NCBI GenBank assembly: GCA_043719805.1
Contig: JAYSTI010000055.1
Span: 68,760 to 121,222, forward strand
Length of the DNA stretch: 52,463 nucleotides
Direction of reading: 5' to 3'
From: Candidatus Lloydbacteria bacterium
GTDB lineage: Bacteria; Patescibacteriota; Minisyncoccia; Phycocordibacterales; UBA6899
Shown: piece by piece, positions 37,501 through 46,760 of the stretch
Layout: every line of letters starts with the position of its first letter
How positions within the stretch are numbered: the stretch's first letter is position 1
Position numbers and translations under genes: made by a program
The notes under the pieces: generated by a model
Databases searched by the model: none
Seen by the model: only the letters and a program-made list of their open reading frames with translations
What the model was told of the DNA's origin: nothing

Positions 37501-40500
37501 TATGCTGACCGCCGACCCTCCGGAAACATAGAATGCGTACTGTGCGGAAATGCTATTTCCTTGCGCATCGATGCCGACGACAGTGAGCTCGTACTCCCCC
37601 GCCTCTCCAGCAGTAAATGGATAGCCCACGTCACCGTTCGTGTCGGTACTCAATTTTGTACTACTTACGGCGGTCTTCACACGCTCTGTACGATAGTAAA
37701 AATTCCCATCCACCTCCTGACGTTTATATGATTTCCACTCAACCTTATCGAGCGTGAGCGTGAGTGCGTCTATCGCTACTGACTTGCCCCTAGTATCCAC
37801 AGTTTTTATGCGCGCGACTCCCTGCTTTCCTGTTTCCACAAAGTAATCATCCATGGAAAGTCCGGCATAGAATGCGCCGCGATGCACGATGAACGACTCG
37901 TGCTTGGTCACCGATTGTCCGTTCTCATTTTTTACCGTGACGTACACGCTCACTACTTTGCTCTGGTTTTTGTAATTTCCCGTAAAAAGCTTGTCAATGT
38001 TTAACTCTTTGCTGATTACCCCCTTTCCATTCCTTGCGAGTTTGAACTTTCCTGATGCAACAAAGTGGTCACCGTACCAGCCGTTTTCGTTGTCATACCA
38101 ACTTCTTCCAAAACTAAAATATCCGTCCTGATAGCGATCGAAATAATAGTCTTGTGCGACAATGCGATATTCCGCGTCTCCGCTCTGTACCGGAACACCA
38201 AAATAATAATCCGCGGCGATATTGAACGCGGCTGTTTCTCCGGAAATATATTCCTCTTTGTCTGGAGTCACCTCAACCTTGAACTGCGGTGCGACATATT
38301 CCTCAACCTGAAATGACCAGTAACCGCCGGTATCCGAACTCACTGAATAATATCCAAGCGGTGCTTTTCCGTCGATGACGAAAGAAGATTCATACGTGCC
38401 GTTTTTGCTAAAGGTACAATCAAGCGTCCGCGCGATATCATACTTTGCATCGCGAATCTCGAGCTTCGTCTGCCCCGTCGCTGCTTCAAATTTCGCATCG
38501 TAGCCAATACGCGAGATTCCTTTTATGTGCACCGTGTCTCCGGGGCGGTATATTGGTCGGTCCGTATACACATATTCACGACGGGCGGGTCCCGCATTCT
38601 GTGCCCACGAAAGTGCGTCGCTCAAATTACTCACAATCGCGCTATCGCTACCCATAGTGACCACCGCTCCGATGACATTATCTGCAGAGGGCGTCTCCGC
38701 GATTCCTTCCTTATCGGTGCGATGTGCGGCAAGCTTTGTTATGGTCTTCTCTCCTTCGACATACGGAGTGACGACTGCTCCAACGGAAGGCGTGAGGCTC
38801 TTAAAATCATTCACCCAGTACAGATTTGTCGGCCACTTTTCTTTCATGAATGCGTTACGAAGACCACCAGTAGAATCATAATATCCGCCGCCACGCTCTA
38901 CTTGCTTTGAACCAACCGCGAGATTGGTCACCGTTATGTAGGTTTTTTCAAACAACTGCTCGCCGAGCACCTGCTTGTAGCTCCCTCCGACGTATTCGTT
39001 CGCAACACGACGGTAGTCAGGATGAGAAAAAACAAGCACATAATTTCCTATTGGGTTCACATAATAATCGCGAAGGTCCACCTGCAAATATTTTCGCGTC
39101 GCATATGATTCGGGGAGGACGATGCGTTTGGACATTTGCTCGATGCAGTCAAGTACTGCGGGACCTCGCACAATTCCCGGAGTAAATGTGCGATAGCGAA
39201 GCATTGTCTCCGGCAAGACTTTGCATATCGTCATATCCATTTCAGTCATGAAATCCAGACCGTAGGTAAGGGTGGTGCGCTCAGGTGGCGTCATCACCAC
39301 TGTTGGCTGCAAATGTGAAAACCCCTTTGCCAACGGGTCGGCATCTCTGGTGGTGAAGTGAATATTTTCCGTAAGGTGCTGGCCAAACGGATCATCAATG
39401 TCCAGCGTGAGCTCATATGCAAACTTCGGCACCAGCCCATAGCGTATCGTCGTCTGAAATGTATCGACCGGGCACAAACGCTCTTGCTGATAGGAACTTG
39501 GCGTGACGAGGAATGACCTATCCCAGTTCCAAAGCCCGATCATCATATTCGAACGAATTTTTTTATAAAACTCATCGTCCATCGGCGCAACGAGCGGATT
39601 AGTACTACATATCTGGATTTCAGTGAGACTTCCATCCAATGCTTCGTCCTTTGGTGTCGTGCGCACAACGGCAAACTTTGGAAACGTCGTAAATGTTTTT
39701 ACAATCGGACTTGTGTTAAGAGTGATGCCGTCCGTGTTCACCAATTTGACTATCGTTATCGCGCCTGTTTCCCCCATGCCAAACTCCTCCGCCGCAAAGC
39801 TAATGATAAGATTTTTTTTGTCGTCTACTTTTGCACAATCTCCCGGATCTGTGGAAACCTCTTCTCCCAGGGCGGGCTCCGGGCACATCTGCCCGTATAC
39901 AATTTTTTTTACTCCCTTCCCGATGATGTCCGATGTGCGCAGGTCAATTGGTTCGCTCACGCGAAGAATCAACGTACCGGTCGGATCAAACAATGTAGTT
40001 GTCACGAGATTACTCCGTGGTGACTCTGCGGTGACACTCTCAATGATTGGCGTGACATAGATAGCCTGGCTGAGAGCGGAGGAAAGCTTCATGTCCCCCT
40101 CAAGTGGAGTGGCCCCCGAAATGGTAACGCCGTATGCTGCATCAAAATCCCAAAGATATTTTCTTCCGTACGTATCTTTTTCGGGAAATATTTCAAGTAC
40201 GGACTGGTCTGTCAACGTGCGCGTCTTTCCTGTTTTTTCATCGGTGACATCGCGCGTGCCGTAAGCAGCAACGAATGGGACCGGGAATGACGTCGACTGC
40301 GAAGTCACTGCTATCTGCGACCGCGTTTTCTCAAGATCAAATGGTTGATTGAAATACATACGATAAGGCTGGTCGTGTGTAATTGAGAATGTTGACGCAT
40401 TGCGCATGCCGGCATTCTGATAGTTGAGTGTGCGCGTCGTAAATGCGTGCGTAAACGCGGGCACGTTTACTCCGTCCTGTGAGCGGAGTCCTTCCTTCAC

Positions 40501-41193
40501 GCTGATTGTATACGCCGACGAACGCAATAACCGCTTTGCCGGAATGAACTGTAGCGTGCGTGTGGTTATCCATTTAAACCGCCCTTCCGTCTTTGGGGTA
40601 ATGTCGACCGGAGGAAGAATGTCGGCGTTCTCCGAGAGTGTGCTGAGTGCGACCATCGGCCGACTGAACATGATGGTGACGTTCGAGTACTCGTTGACCT
40701 CGGTCTCTTGCTTGGGGAAAATTGCCAGCACTGACGGGTCCTTATCTACGGAAAACATTTTTTCCATCTTCATTTCCGGAGCGTTCAATGTCACAAGGTG
40801 GTATGCGCCGACGGCAAGCTTTTCTGCGGGGAGGAAGCGATACACATTCCCCGAAGAGGTTGCGCGGGGCTCCCACGTCCCTTTTATGTCCGGTGAAAAT
40901 GAAAGCTCCTGCTTGGGATCAAAATTTGCAAAGGTGGTATCGGGAGGGAGCGCGATTGCGATTGGAGCACTTTGGGAAATTTTATCAGCGACGAGCGCGT
41001 ACTGCTCGATCGGCAGATCGTGCGCCTTATTGCGGTCCACAAAAACGACCGACAGCGCACCAACTACTATAACTGCCGCAACAATGAGCCCAAGCTTATA
41101 ATGTTTCTTCGCACCGTTTAACAAAAAGTCTCTTACCCGCGCTACGAATAAAATCCCGCGCGGAGTATCTCCTCCCAATTGAGTATTTTCCAT
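34564..41193 (-). CDS. Bacterial alpha-2-macroglobulin family protein (2209 aa) with a thioester motif
   Basis: The N-terminal TM anchor reads LGLIVAAVIVVGALSVVFV. A long array of beta-sandwich (MG) domains follows. The CxEQ thioester motif YPYECSEQVASKL has its CSEQ codons at 36229-36240 (Cys1652). A TED-like helical region follows. Confidence 0.9.
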   Translation of the reverse strand: MENTQLGGDTPRGILFVARVRDFLLNGAKKHYKLGLIVAAVIVVGALSVVFVDRNKAHDLPIEQYALVADKISQSAPIAIALPPDTTFANFDPKQELSFSPDIKGTWEPRATSSGNVYRFLPAEKLAVGAYHLVTLNAPEMKMEKMFSVDKDPSVLAIFPKQETEVNEYSNVTIMFSRPMVALSTLSENADILPPVDITPKTEGRFKWITTRTLQFIPAKRLLRSSAYTISVKEGLRSQDGVNVPAFTHAFTTRTLNYQNAGMRNASTFSITHDQPYRMYFNQPFDLEKTRSQIAVTSQSTSFPVPFVAAYGTRDVTDEKTGKTRTLTDQSVLEIFPEKDTYGRKYLWDFDAAYGVTISGATPLEGDMKLSSALSQAIYVTPIIESVTAESPRSNLVTTTLFDPTGTLILRVSEPIDLRTSDIIGKGVKKIVYGQMCPEPALGEEVSTDPGDCAKVDDKKNLIISFAAEEFGMGETGAITIVKLVNTDGITLNTSPIVKTFTTFPKFAVVRTTPKDEALDGSLTEIQICSTNPLVAPMDDEFYKKIRSNMMIGLWNWDRSFLVTPSSYQQERLCPVDTFQTTIRYGLVPKFAYELTLDIDDPFGQHLTENIHFTTRDADPLAKGFSHLQPTVVMTPPERTTLTYGLDFMTEMDMTICKVLPETMLRYRTFTPGIVRGPAVLDCIEQMSKRIVLPESYATRKYLQVDLRDYYVNPIGNYVLVFSHPDYRRVANEYVGGSYKQVLGEQLFEKTYITVTNLAVGSKQVERGGGYYDSTGGLRNAFMKEKWPTNLYWVNDFKSLTPSVGAVVTPYVEGEKTITKLAAHRTDKEGIAETPSADNVIGAVVTMGSDSAIVSNLSDALSWAQNAGPARREYVYTDRPIYRPGDTVHIKGISRIGYDAKFEAATGQTKLEIRDAKYDIARTLDCTFSKNGTYESSFVIDGKAPLGYYSVSSDTGGYWSFQVEEYVAPQFKVEVTPDKEEYISGETAAFNIAADYYFGVPVQSGDAEYRIVAQDYYFDRYQDGYFSFGRSWYDNENGWYGDHFVASGKFKLARNGKGVISKELNIDKLFTGNYKNQSKVVSVYVTVKNENGQSVTKHESFIVHRGAFYAGLSMDDYFVETGKQGVARIKTVDTRGKSVAIDALTLTLDKVEWKSYKRQEVDGNFYYRTERVKTAVSSTKLSTDTNGDVGYPFTAGEAGEYELTVVGIDAQGNSISAQYAFYVSGGSAVSIRPTNNATLELVAAKTDLAVGGVGTFVIKSPYPHARALVTLARGNTYEHKVIDVNSQLTEYRFTATEQYIPNVVASVLLLSPLPEIKYGEVHYSIGAKEKELTIEIIPSKKTYLPGEKVSLAVTAKDSKGNPVQAELSIAVVDMSVLALVGNPKKQPVTFFYNGEPLTIRTAMNVKNILNIAEIPIGTKGGGGGDDLEKKKRGVFRDTAHWEGVVLTDASGKAGVEFTLPDNLTEWQVESVGVTKETKIGVGYSDFTARKSVMAVPLKPRFILPGDSFSVGGTIFNESDQMQKLNVSVTAPSLTFTGSHEATISVEPHTSISISFPVVAPESVVMGNHEFTLLAKNDVYEDVVLSTFPIERNDTYEFSVTAGRVTDANWKEQLYLPKNVVADRGELTVSISATMASLLDSAVEGMIIYPYECSEQVASKLRTIAIVKQNAQLFGTTTPMLPKLVAIGATQFTIDQIVQNGLAKLYQNQLPDGGMPYYANLPPDYGVTLETLETYIDLKKAGYAIDQSKFAQSAQYVFNFINYPRADRPLSSEDIIAGSYVLSKAGDAQYTSVAMRAKLNTYANDKALVHEGLSTPALAYLAILSTKEKFGMFATSRLFAEFENRSHIDARGTTINVNAAVPSRFSENAIANTALALKAFSEAERDSPLLEGFIRAIKSGKSHDGGWSSTYNSITVIDAVTEYLKWTNEASAQMSVAVSLDTQPIISTEFNKKNILTAHATSVPMGMLKKGESQTIQFLKKNLGLANDAYYYDMLLRYYLPAASIAPRDEGFSVQRALYRADDTEFAHPVTEAIQGEVLHGRIILSTPITRFNVAIEDFIPAGVEIVNQRLLTEDQSLGNDNTSRRDYGVNNGARGSKSWFGQSLAGIFSFGGKAVGPSSETDGVLDDATYGNRDNAMGPLYPTAIEAHDDRLFVFVSQLSQGEYVYDYYVRALIPGTYQYLPMVVSEMYTPENFGRTAGGTFTVIKKSE

Positions 41194-41332
41194 GCTAAAA
41201 TTATATCAATTTCACGCACAAAAATCTTCGCAGATGTGATGCTACTATGTTCCGGCAATAATCTGCCCGAAAACAATGGCGCAGGTGAAATCAAGCAGTA
41301 CAAAAAACACCATGACGAATCAGGGTGTTTCA

Positions 41333-41989
41333 CTAGTTTTTTGCAAACATGATATGGCGACACGCGTCCCACAAAGCAATGATGCTCATATAGAAGAGCG
41401 CGGCGACGAGAGCGCCAAGAGAGTGGGCGAACAAATTGCCGACCACATACCCAAGGAGGAGCCCTGTCGGGATTAGCTCCGTGAGTGCTCTTTGGGTGGG
41501 CCCAAGGTAACAGGCGTAGATTGTATTGAACCCTGTTTCTTCCTTTTGGATGAATTCCTTAAGGTCTTCCCCGACCACTCGAAGATTCTGAACGCCCCAA
41601 TACTTACGGGAGAACGGCCAAAACCATCCGATTCCGTTATCATAAAGGAGCAAAAATCCTTTTGTGTCGTGAAGATAGTGCCAGAATACTCCTACCCCGG
41701 CAGCCAGCGCCCAAAATGTTCCGCCAATGAACCACCCGATTGCGATTGCAAATGGAATGCCAAGGATTGGACGATGGGTCAGATGCTCGTGATGATAATC
41801 AGGGTCCTTCCCGAAAAAACCGAGCAGGAGGTCAATATCGGGCGACGCACCAAGGAAAGCCCCGATAGCATACTGCCACCACGAGAGCGGGTACGACAAA
41901 TACTCGCCAAGCATATAGACAAAGAACAATCCCGCCGCAAGATCCAATACCCCGGCAAGACCAAGGGAGACGATCATCAGGAAGCGCAT
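41333..41989 (-). CDS. Membrane-bound metal-dependent hydrolase (YdjM/DUF457-like)
   Basis: It is polytopic, with PDIDLL, HHEHLTHRP and HYLHD His/Asp clusters typical of DUF457. Confidence 0.65.
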   Translation of the reverse strand: MRFLMIVSLGLAGVLDLAAGLFFVYMLGEYLSYPLSWWQYAIGAFLGASPDIDLLLGFFGKDPDYHHEHLTHRPILGIPFAIAIGWFIGGTFWALAAGVGVFWHYLHDTKGFLLLYDNGIGWFWPFSRKYWGVQNLRVVGEDLKEFIQKEETGFNTIYACYLGPTQRALTELIPTGLLLGYVVGNLFAHSLGALVAALFYMSIIALWDACRHIMFAKN

Positions 41990-42137
41990 TTTTCACCCCA
42001 CACACATAAAACACTTGATAAAATTTACGCGAATTAGCCCCGATTGTCCACTTGGAAAAGAACACAGATATTCTTGGACATCAGCGCGCGACTATGCTAA
42101 TCCTAAGAGAGATATCTTTTACTTTCAGCGAGGGAAT

Positions 42138-43115
42138 ATGTTCAAACTTGCTCCACGCATCGCCCGACTCGTCGACTGGCTGCTTTATGTCACCTTCAGT
42201 CCGATTATGAGGCACTTCGTCGTCCTTTCGGTCAATGACGCAGCCGATGCAATCAAGAAGACCGAGCGACTGCGCCGTGAGGGATTCCGAGTCTCCTTTG
42301 ATGTCATGGTCGAGGATGTGGGCGACAACATGCTCATCGCAAAGGTCCGAAGATTCTATGACGACCTGCTCCGAGAAATGCATGACGGCGGGTATGGGAA
42401 TATCGTCATCAAGCCGACATCGCTCGGCCTCGACGCATCAGTGGAAATTCCAAATGTTACCGATGGGCGATTTGCGAAACAACTGCGTTCGCTCCTGCTC
42501 GCTGTTGCCGCCAGAAATGAAGCACACGGAAAGACGTTCATCGAGATTGAGATTGACGCCGAGTCGACCAAGACTATTGCGCGTACCTTCCTTGTAATCA
42601 CACATCTTTCAAATGAATTTCCGCATCTCCGCCATCTGTTGCGCATCGCAGTTCCCATGCACATCAGAGACCTGCCGAAGCTCACGAGATACCACCGTCT
42701 TCTCGATCACCCCGTGCGGATAGTCAAAGGTGCAGGGGTCTACAGCGAGGAAGAGGGGAGACTTGTCGATACTGCGACAATCGAGCGAAGGTTCGAGGAA
42801 TATTTTCTCGAGTGCCTCGCGAGAAAGAAACATCCTTTCCTCGCAACAATGCATGACGAGAGACTTTTGCGACGAGTGCTCCTTTCCGCCGAGAATCGTG
42901 GCGTTGAAAAAAGTGAATTCGCCATCCAGATGCTCTACGGGCTTTGGGCCGGACTTGGTCGTCGCCTCATCGCGGAAGGATACACCGTGTGTGTCTACGT
43001 CCCAATTGTCCTGCCATGGTGCAATGGTGCATCAAACGGCTACGTGCAAAGACGTGTCAGCATTTTCCGAAGGCTTTTCTGGAAATGGCTCACGGCCTGC
43101 TTCCACGGACAATAA
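42138..43115 (+). CDS. Proline dehydrogenase family protein
   Basis: The sequence has IKPTSLG, RIVKGAGVY, FAIQMLYGL and YVPIV...W..Y..RR patterns. The ATG at 42138 has GAGGGA upstream. Confidence 0.75.
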   Translation: MFKLAPRIARLVDWLLYVTFSPIMRHFVVLSVNDAADAIKKTERLRREGFRVSFDVMVEDVGDNMLIAKVRRFYDDLLREMHDGGYGNIVIKPTSLGLDASVEIPNVTDGRFAKQLRSLLLAVAARNEAHGKTFIEIEIDAESTKTIARTFLVITHLSNEFPHLRHLLRIAVPMHIRDLPKLTRYHRLLDHPVRIVKGAGVYSEEEGRLVDTATIERRFEEYFLECLARKKHPFLATMHDERLLRRVLLSAENRGVEKSEFAIQMLYGLWAGLGRRLIAEGYTVCVYVPIVLPWCNGASNGYVQRRVSIFRRLFWKWLTACFHGQ

Positions 43116-43120
43116 GCAAC

Positions 43121-43149
43121 AAACCACAGCAAGGGCTGCGGTTTTTTTA
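43121..43149. terminator. Bidirectional-looking terminator between the convergent proline dehydrogenase and MFS genes
   Basis: aaccacagc aagg gctgcggtt (one mismatch) is followed by TTTTTT. Confidence 0.6.
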
Positions 43150-43170
43150 TTCGTGAAATTTTATTACTCA

Positions 43171-44409
43171 TTACACATACACAGGAACGATGCGCGGAGT
43201 AATCAAAAAAAGAGAGAAAGCAATCCCTGCGCCGAGTACGCCGAGCACAACAAATGATTCAGCGAAACCAAGATATTGTGCCATGTATCCCCCCGCAATG
43301 GGACCTACAATGTCTCCAAAATTCGTAAAGAAGTCCTGAAGTGTCTCTATTTCCTTACTCTGCGCGGGGGCGCCGTTGACGTGCTCCGCATAGATTGCGT
43401 TTATCGAAGGCCATCCAATAGAGAGGAAAAAGGAAGCCATAAACACCAGTCCAATGATGAGATATGCCGATGAAACAAGGCCGGCGCAAATAAGGAGGAG
43501 CGAGCCGACACCTATCGCCGCCTGTGCGGTATATTTCATTCCCAATTTTCGCGTGACCTTACCTATGGCCCATCCGACCAGAAGCGGAGGGAGTGCGTAG
43601 GCGGTCATGAGTACGCCTCCCGGAAAGCCGTTCATCGCTCCGAGGTGCTGTGAAAAGAGCGGCCCGATTGTCCAGATGGCGGCATCGATGATGTTGATTG
43701 TAAGGGTCAGAGACAAAATTGGGAGAAGTACGATGCCAAGTGTTTTCCATAAATGCATTTCCGCAAAAAAAGATAGGGCGTCTTTGGATGGAACCAAGCC
43801 ATACTGATCCATTTCTACTCCGCGACGCGCTACTACAATAAAATAGAGGAATGCTGAAAGCAAAAGCGGCAATGCAACCACAAGGAGCATGCGTGGTCCG
43901 GGGTGGAAATAGAGCAATAGGAGGCTTGCTGCAAATGGCGCAAGAAGATATCCGAAACCTTCGAACATGCGGAGCGTGCCGAAACTCGTTGCATGTCGCG
44001 ACGGCTCCGTGGTACGACCAACGAAATCCAGTGTGCCGATATTATAGAAATCATAATAAAATCCCCACATTGCCATGGCGATGATATAGATAGAGATTGT
44101 TGTCCCCCCGAAGAGAAAGAGCGGGTAGAGCGCGGCGACAATAAGCATAAGGAGGAACATCCGGCGATAATTTGTATCCGCAAACGCGCGACAGAGCACA
44201 ATATCAAAGAGCATTCCCGCGACAGAAGATGAGCCGATGATGAGACCCATCATGCTCGCGGAGATGCCCGACTCAGTAATGATTATCGGCGCAAGATACA
44301 TCAAGACTCCGTCAAAGATGACGAAGAAAAATATCATCAGGCCGACGGAAAAAAGTGCCGCCTCGGGGGTAAATTGGGGAATGTGAAGCTGGAGGTGCCG
44401 AATCGCCAT
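43171..44409 (-). CDS. MFS transporter
   Basis: 412 aa with about 12 TM helices and an MFS-like loop (RAFADTNYRRM). Confidence 0.75.
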   Translation of the reverse strand: MAIRHLQLHIPQFTPEAALFSVGLMIFFFVIFDGVLMYLAPIIITESGISASMMGLIIGSSSVAGMLFDIVLCRAFADTNYRRMFLLMLIVAALYPLFLFGGTTISIYIIAMAMWGFYYDFYNIGTLDFVGRTTEPSRHATSFGTLRMFEGFGYLLAPFAASLLLLYFHPGPRMLLVVALPLLLSAFLYFIVVARRGVEMDQYGLVPSKDALSFFAEMHLWKTLGIVLLPILSLTLTINIIDAAIWTIGPLFSQHLGAMNGFPGGVLMTAYALPPLLVGWAIGKVTRKLGMKYTAQAAIGVGSLLLICAGLVSSAYLIIGLVFMASFFLSIGWPSINAIYAEHVNGAPAQSKEIETLQDFFTNFGDIVGPIAGGYMAQYLGFAESFVVLGVLGAGIAFSLFLITPRIVPVYV

Positions 44410-44432
44410 GTACTATCTATGGTAACACGCTC

Positions 44433-44903
44433 TTAGCGGACGCTTCTCTTCTCAATGAAATCAAGAAGCCATGCCACGACGAACGCCCCCACGATGGCGA
44501 TGAGCATGCTGGCAAGAACGTCAATCACGTGATGAACTCCCGCATAGACTCTTGCCGCTCCCACAAGCAGGGTGATCGTCCACAGCGCGAGCGCCACGCG
44601 TTTGTGAAAAAAAGTGAACACCGCCGCTATCGCCGCAACAAGTAGCGTATGGTCAGACGGGAAACCGTTACTTGCATCATTCGGAATAAGCGGAATGAAA
44701 TTCTCGACGACGAACGGTCTTGGATTTACATAAAAATATCCGGCGACAACTGCGATGCAGTAAATAAACGGAAGAGCCAAAAGTCCAAAATAGAAAAGTT
44801 TTTTCTGCTGCTCCTTCGAAAGCGTCAGTGCACAAATAACGGCAATCAGGAACGATGCTAAAAATAAATACTTTGCCCCAAAAATGGCGAATATATCTAA
44901 CAT
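44433..44903 (-). CDS. PAP2-family phosphatase (BcrC-type undecaprenyl-diphosphatase-like)
   Basis: The PAP2 motifs are NPRPF, PSDH and ARVYAGVHHVIDV. Confidence 0.8.
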   Translation of the reverse strand: MLDIFAIFGAKYLFLASFLIAVICALTLSKEQQKKLFYFGLLALPFIYCIAVVAGYFYVNPRPFVVENFIPLIPNDASNGFPSDHTLLVAAIAAVFTFFHKRVALALWTITLLVGAARVYAGVHHVIDVLASMLIAIVGAFVVAWLLDFIEKRSVR

Positions 44904-45375
44904 AGATACATACTACCACTTCGGCCGGAAGTGGAAAATCTCCCCACACCAGGATAGGGATTCAAAACGCACTACTTGGAAACGCCTGCAAGCACTGTAC
45001 GGAACCAGCCTCGTCACAAGACGTTGCGGTACGTTCTCGTAGTGTGAAGCGATAGGGCCGAAATACCCTACCTGGTCTAAATGGAGGTTTTCTCCTGTCA
45101 CACATGAGCACGAAGCCCACGACCACCCCCAAGGTGAATTGCCTAACCTCGCCGTCGACTCCTTTTCCGCCTCTTCCTGGATGTACAGGCAAAGAAGGCG
45201 CTCGTCACACAGGTCAGCGAATCCTTTGGGAAAAACTACCGCCACCACAGTTCACACACGCCCATCCGCGTCAAACCGGAGTAAAAAACCACAATTCGCT
45301 TCGTCACATACACCTATTGGCAATATTTCCCACCTAGGTGTAGTCTGGATTCGGACTGTACTCAAGGAGAGCTAA

Positions 45376-46695
45376 ATGTCCTCGCATAAGGAAGTTGCAA
45401 CACGGCACCTCGACAACATCGTCGTTCGTATTCGGAACGCCGCGGAAGTGTTGGGGCTCGAAGACTGGATGGTCGAAAAACTGACCACTTTCAAGATGGA
45501 GTGGGGTGGCTCACTACAGATTAGGGGAGCAAACGGCACGCCGAAGGAATTCCGCGCCGTACGCATCTGGTATCGCGGTCCGCAGAATGGCCAGCCGTAC
45601 AAGGGCGGCATCCGCTATCACCCGCTGGTGAACACCGACATGATGAAGGCTCACGCAATGGAAATGGGTCTCAAGTGCTGGCTTGCCGGCATCCCATTTG
45701 GCGGAGCGAAGGGCGGCATCGCCGTTGACCCGACTACTGTCACGATGGAAGAGCTGAAGTCACTCACCGAGGCTTTTGTCGACGCGCTGAACGAACGAAA
45801 CATTCTCGGACCGTTCCGCGACGTCCCTGCTCCTGATGTGGGCACAAATCCCACAATCATGAACTGGATCAGGCAACGCTATGCCCAATTGCGTCGCGAC
45901 CGTGAAGATGCGCGTTTCGCAGGTGTCGTCACCGGAAAGCCCGTCGGCTACGGAATGGACGGCCTCGAAGGCAGAAACGAAGCGACCGGCTACGGAGCGA
46001 TGGCGGTACTCGAGCATTCCATGCAGAAACTCGGAATGGCACATGCGCATCCACGCCTCGCCGTCATGGGTTACGGAAATGTCGGCTCGCACTTCGTCAA
46101 CCGCGCCGAGACTCACGGGCACCCAGTCATCGCCGTCTCCGATGTGAACGGCGGCGTCTACAACTCGGCCGGCCTCGACATTGCGAAGCTCCGTGCCTAT
46201 CAACGGGATGCAAAAACCATTTTCGGTTTCCCTGGTGGAGACAGTATCACCAATGACGAATTGCTCGTCTTGAAGGATATCGATGTTCTTGTTCCGGCTG
46301 CGCTCGAGCATGTCATCACGAAGAAGAACGCCGCAAAGGTTTGCGCGAAAATCGTACTTGAAGGAGCGAACAGCCCGACAATGGCCGAGGCGGATGAGAT
46401 TCTCTCAGACAAGGGTGTCATCGTTATCCCGGACATCCTGGCAAATGCGGGCGGCGTGACGGTGTCCTTCTTTGAATGGGCGCGCAACGTGAGCATCCGC
46501 GACGAACGCGTTCCCTCCGGCGAAAAGGCAGATGTCCTCGACGCCATGGCAAGCATTCTCACTGCATCGACCGAACAAGTACTCGCGAATGCCGCGAAGT
46601 ACAGCGTCAGTCTGCGCACTGCGGCACTGCTCACCTCAATGGAGCGCGTCGCCCCGATTCTGCGGGCAAAGCACACCGCTTGCATGGTCGGCTAA
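45376..46695 (+). CDS. gdh: Glutamate dehydrogenase (Glu/Leu/Phe/Val dehydrogenase family)
   Basis: The sequence has KGGIRYHP...GIPFGGAKGGIAVDP and GYGNVG Rossmann motifs. AAGGAG lies 7 nt upstream of the ATG. Confidence 0.95.
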   Translation: MSSHKEVATRHLDNIVVRIRNAAEVLGLEDWMVEKLTTFKMEWGGSLQIRGANGTPKEFRAVRIWYRGPQNGQPYKGGIRYHPLVNTDMMKAHAMEMGLKCWLAGIPFGGAKGGIAVDPTTVTMEELKSLTEAFVDALNERNILGPFRDVPAPDVGTNPTIMNWIRQRYAQLRRDREDARFAGVVTGKPVGYGMDGLEGRNEATGYGAMAVLEHSMQKLGMAHAHPRLAVMGYGNVGSHFVNRAETHGHPVIAVSDVNGGVYNSAGLDIAKLRAYQRDAKTIFGFPGGDSITNDELLVLKDIDVLVPAALEHVITKKNAAKVCAKIVLEGANSPTMAEADEILSDKGVIVIPDILANAGGVTVSFFEWARNVSIRDERVPSGEKADVLDAMASILTASTEQVLANAAKYSVSLRTAALLTSMERVAPILRAKHTACMVG

Positions 46696-46715
46696 GCGAC
46701 ACGTTCACCAAAACA

Positions 46716-46740
46716 AACGCAGGACATCCTGCGTTTTTTC
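46716..46740. terminator. Bidirectional-looking terminator between the convergent gdh and 46761-47747 genes
   Basis: A 7-bp stem (acgcagg / cctgcgt) with loop acat is followed by TTTTTT and preceded by an A-rich tract. Confidence 0.7.
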
Positions 46741-46760
46741 TCTACAATATTTCCAAATTT

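Noticed and set aside
34564-41193. Dozens of 60-240-aa ORFs on both strands inside the A2M gene, with similar ones inside the ACD, OFOR, MgtA and 1206-aa genes.
   Set aside because: These are shadow ORFs within long, motif-supported CDS, and none has an independent motif or start context.
45335-45365. tmRNA-like 5' motif: TCTGGATTCGGAC resembles the conserved CTGGATTCGAC of tmRNA.
   Set aside because: It sits immediately before the gdh Shine-Dalgarno and ATG, so a 350-nt tmRNA would overlap gdh. I found no matching 3' acceptor strand, T-arm (GGTTCGAATCC) or CCA-proximal pairing on either strand.
44904-45375. RNase P RNA, SRP (4.5S) RNA or tmRNA in the long spacer, on either strand.
   Set aside because: There is no GGAAAGTCCGG/ACAGAACCCGGCTTA (RNase P) or GGTCAGGTCCGGAAGGAAGCAGCC (SRP) core. 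GGAGTCGACGG on the minus strand lacks a complementary acceptor end. The region is kept only as an unclassified structured spacer.
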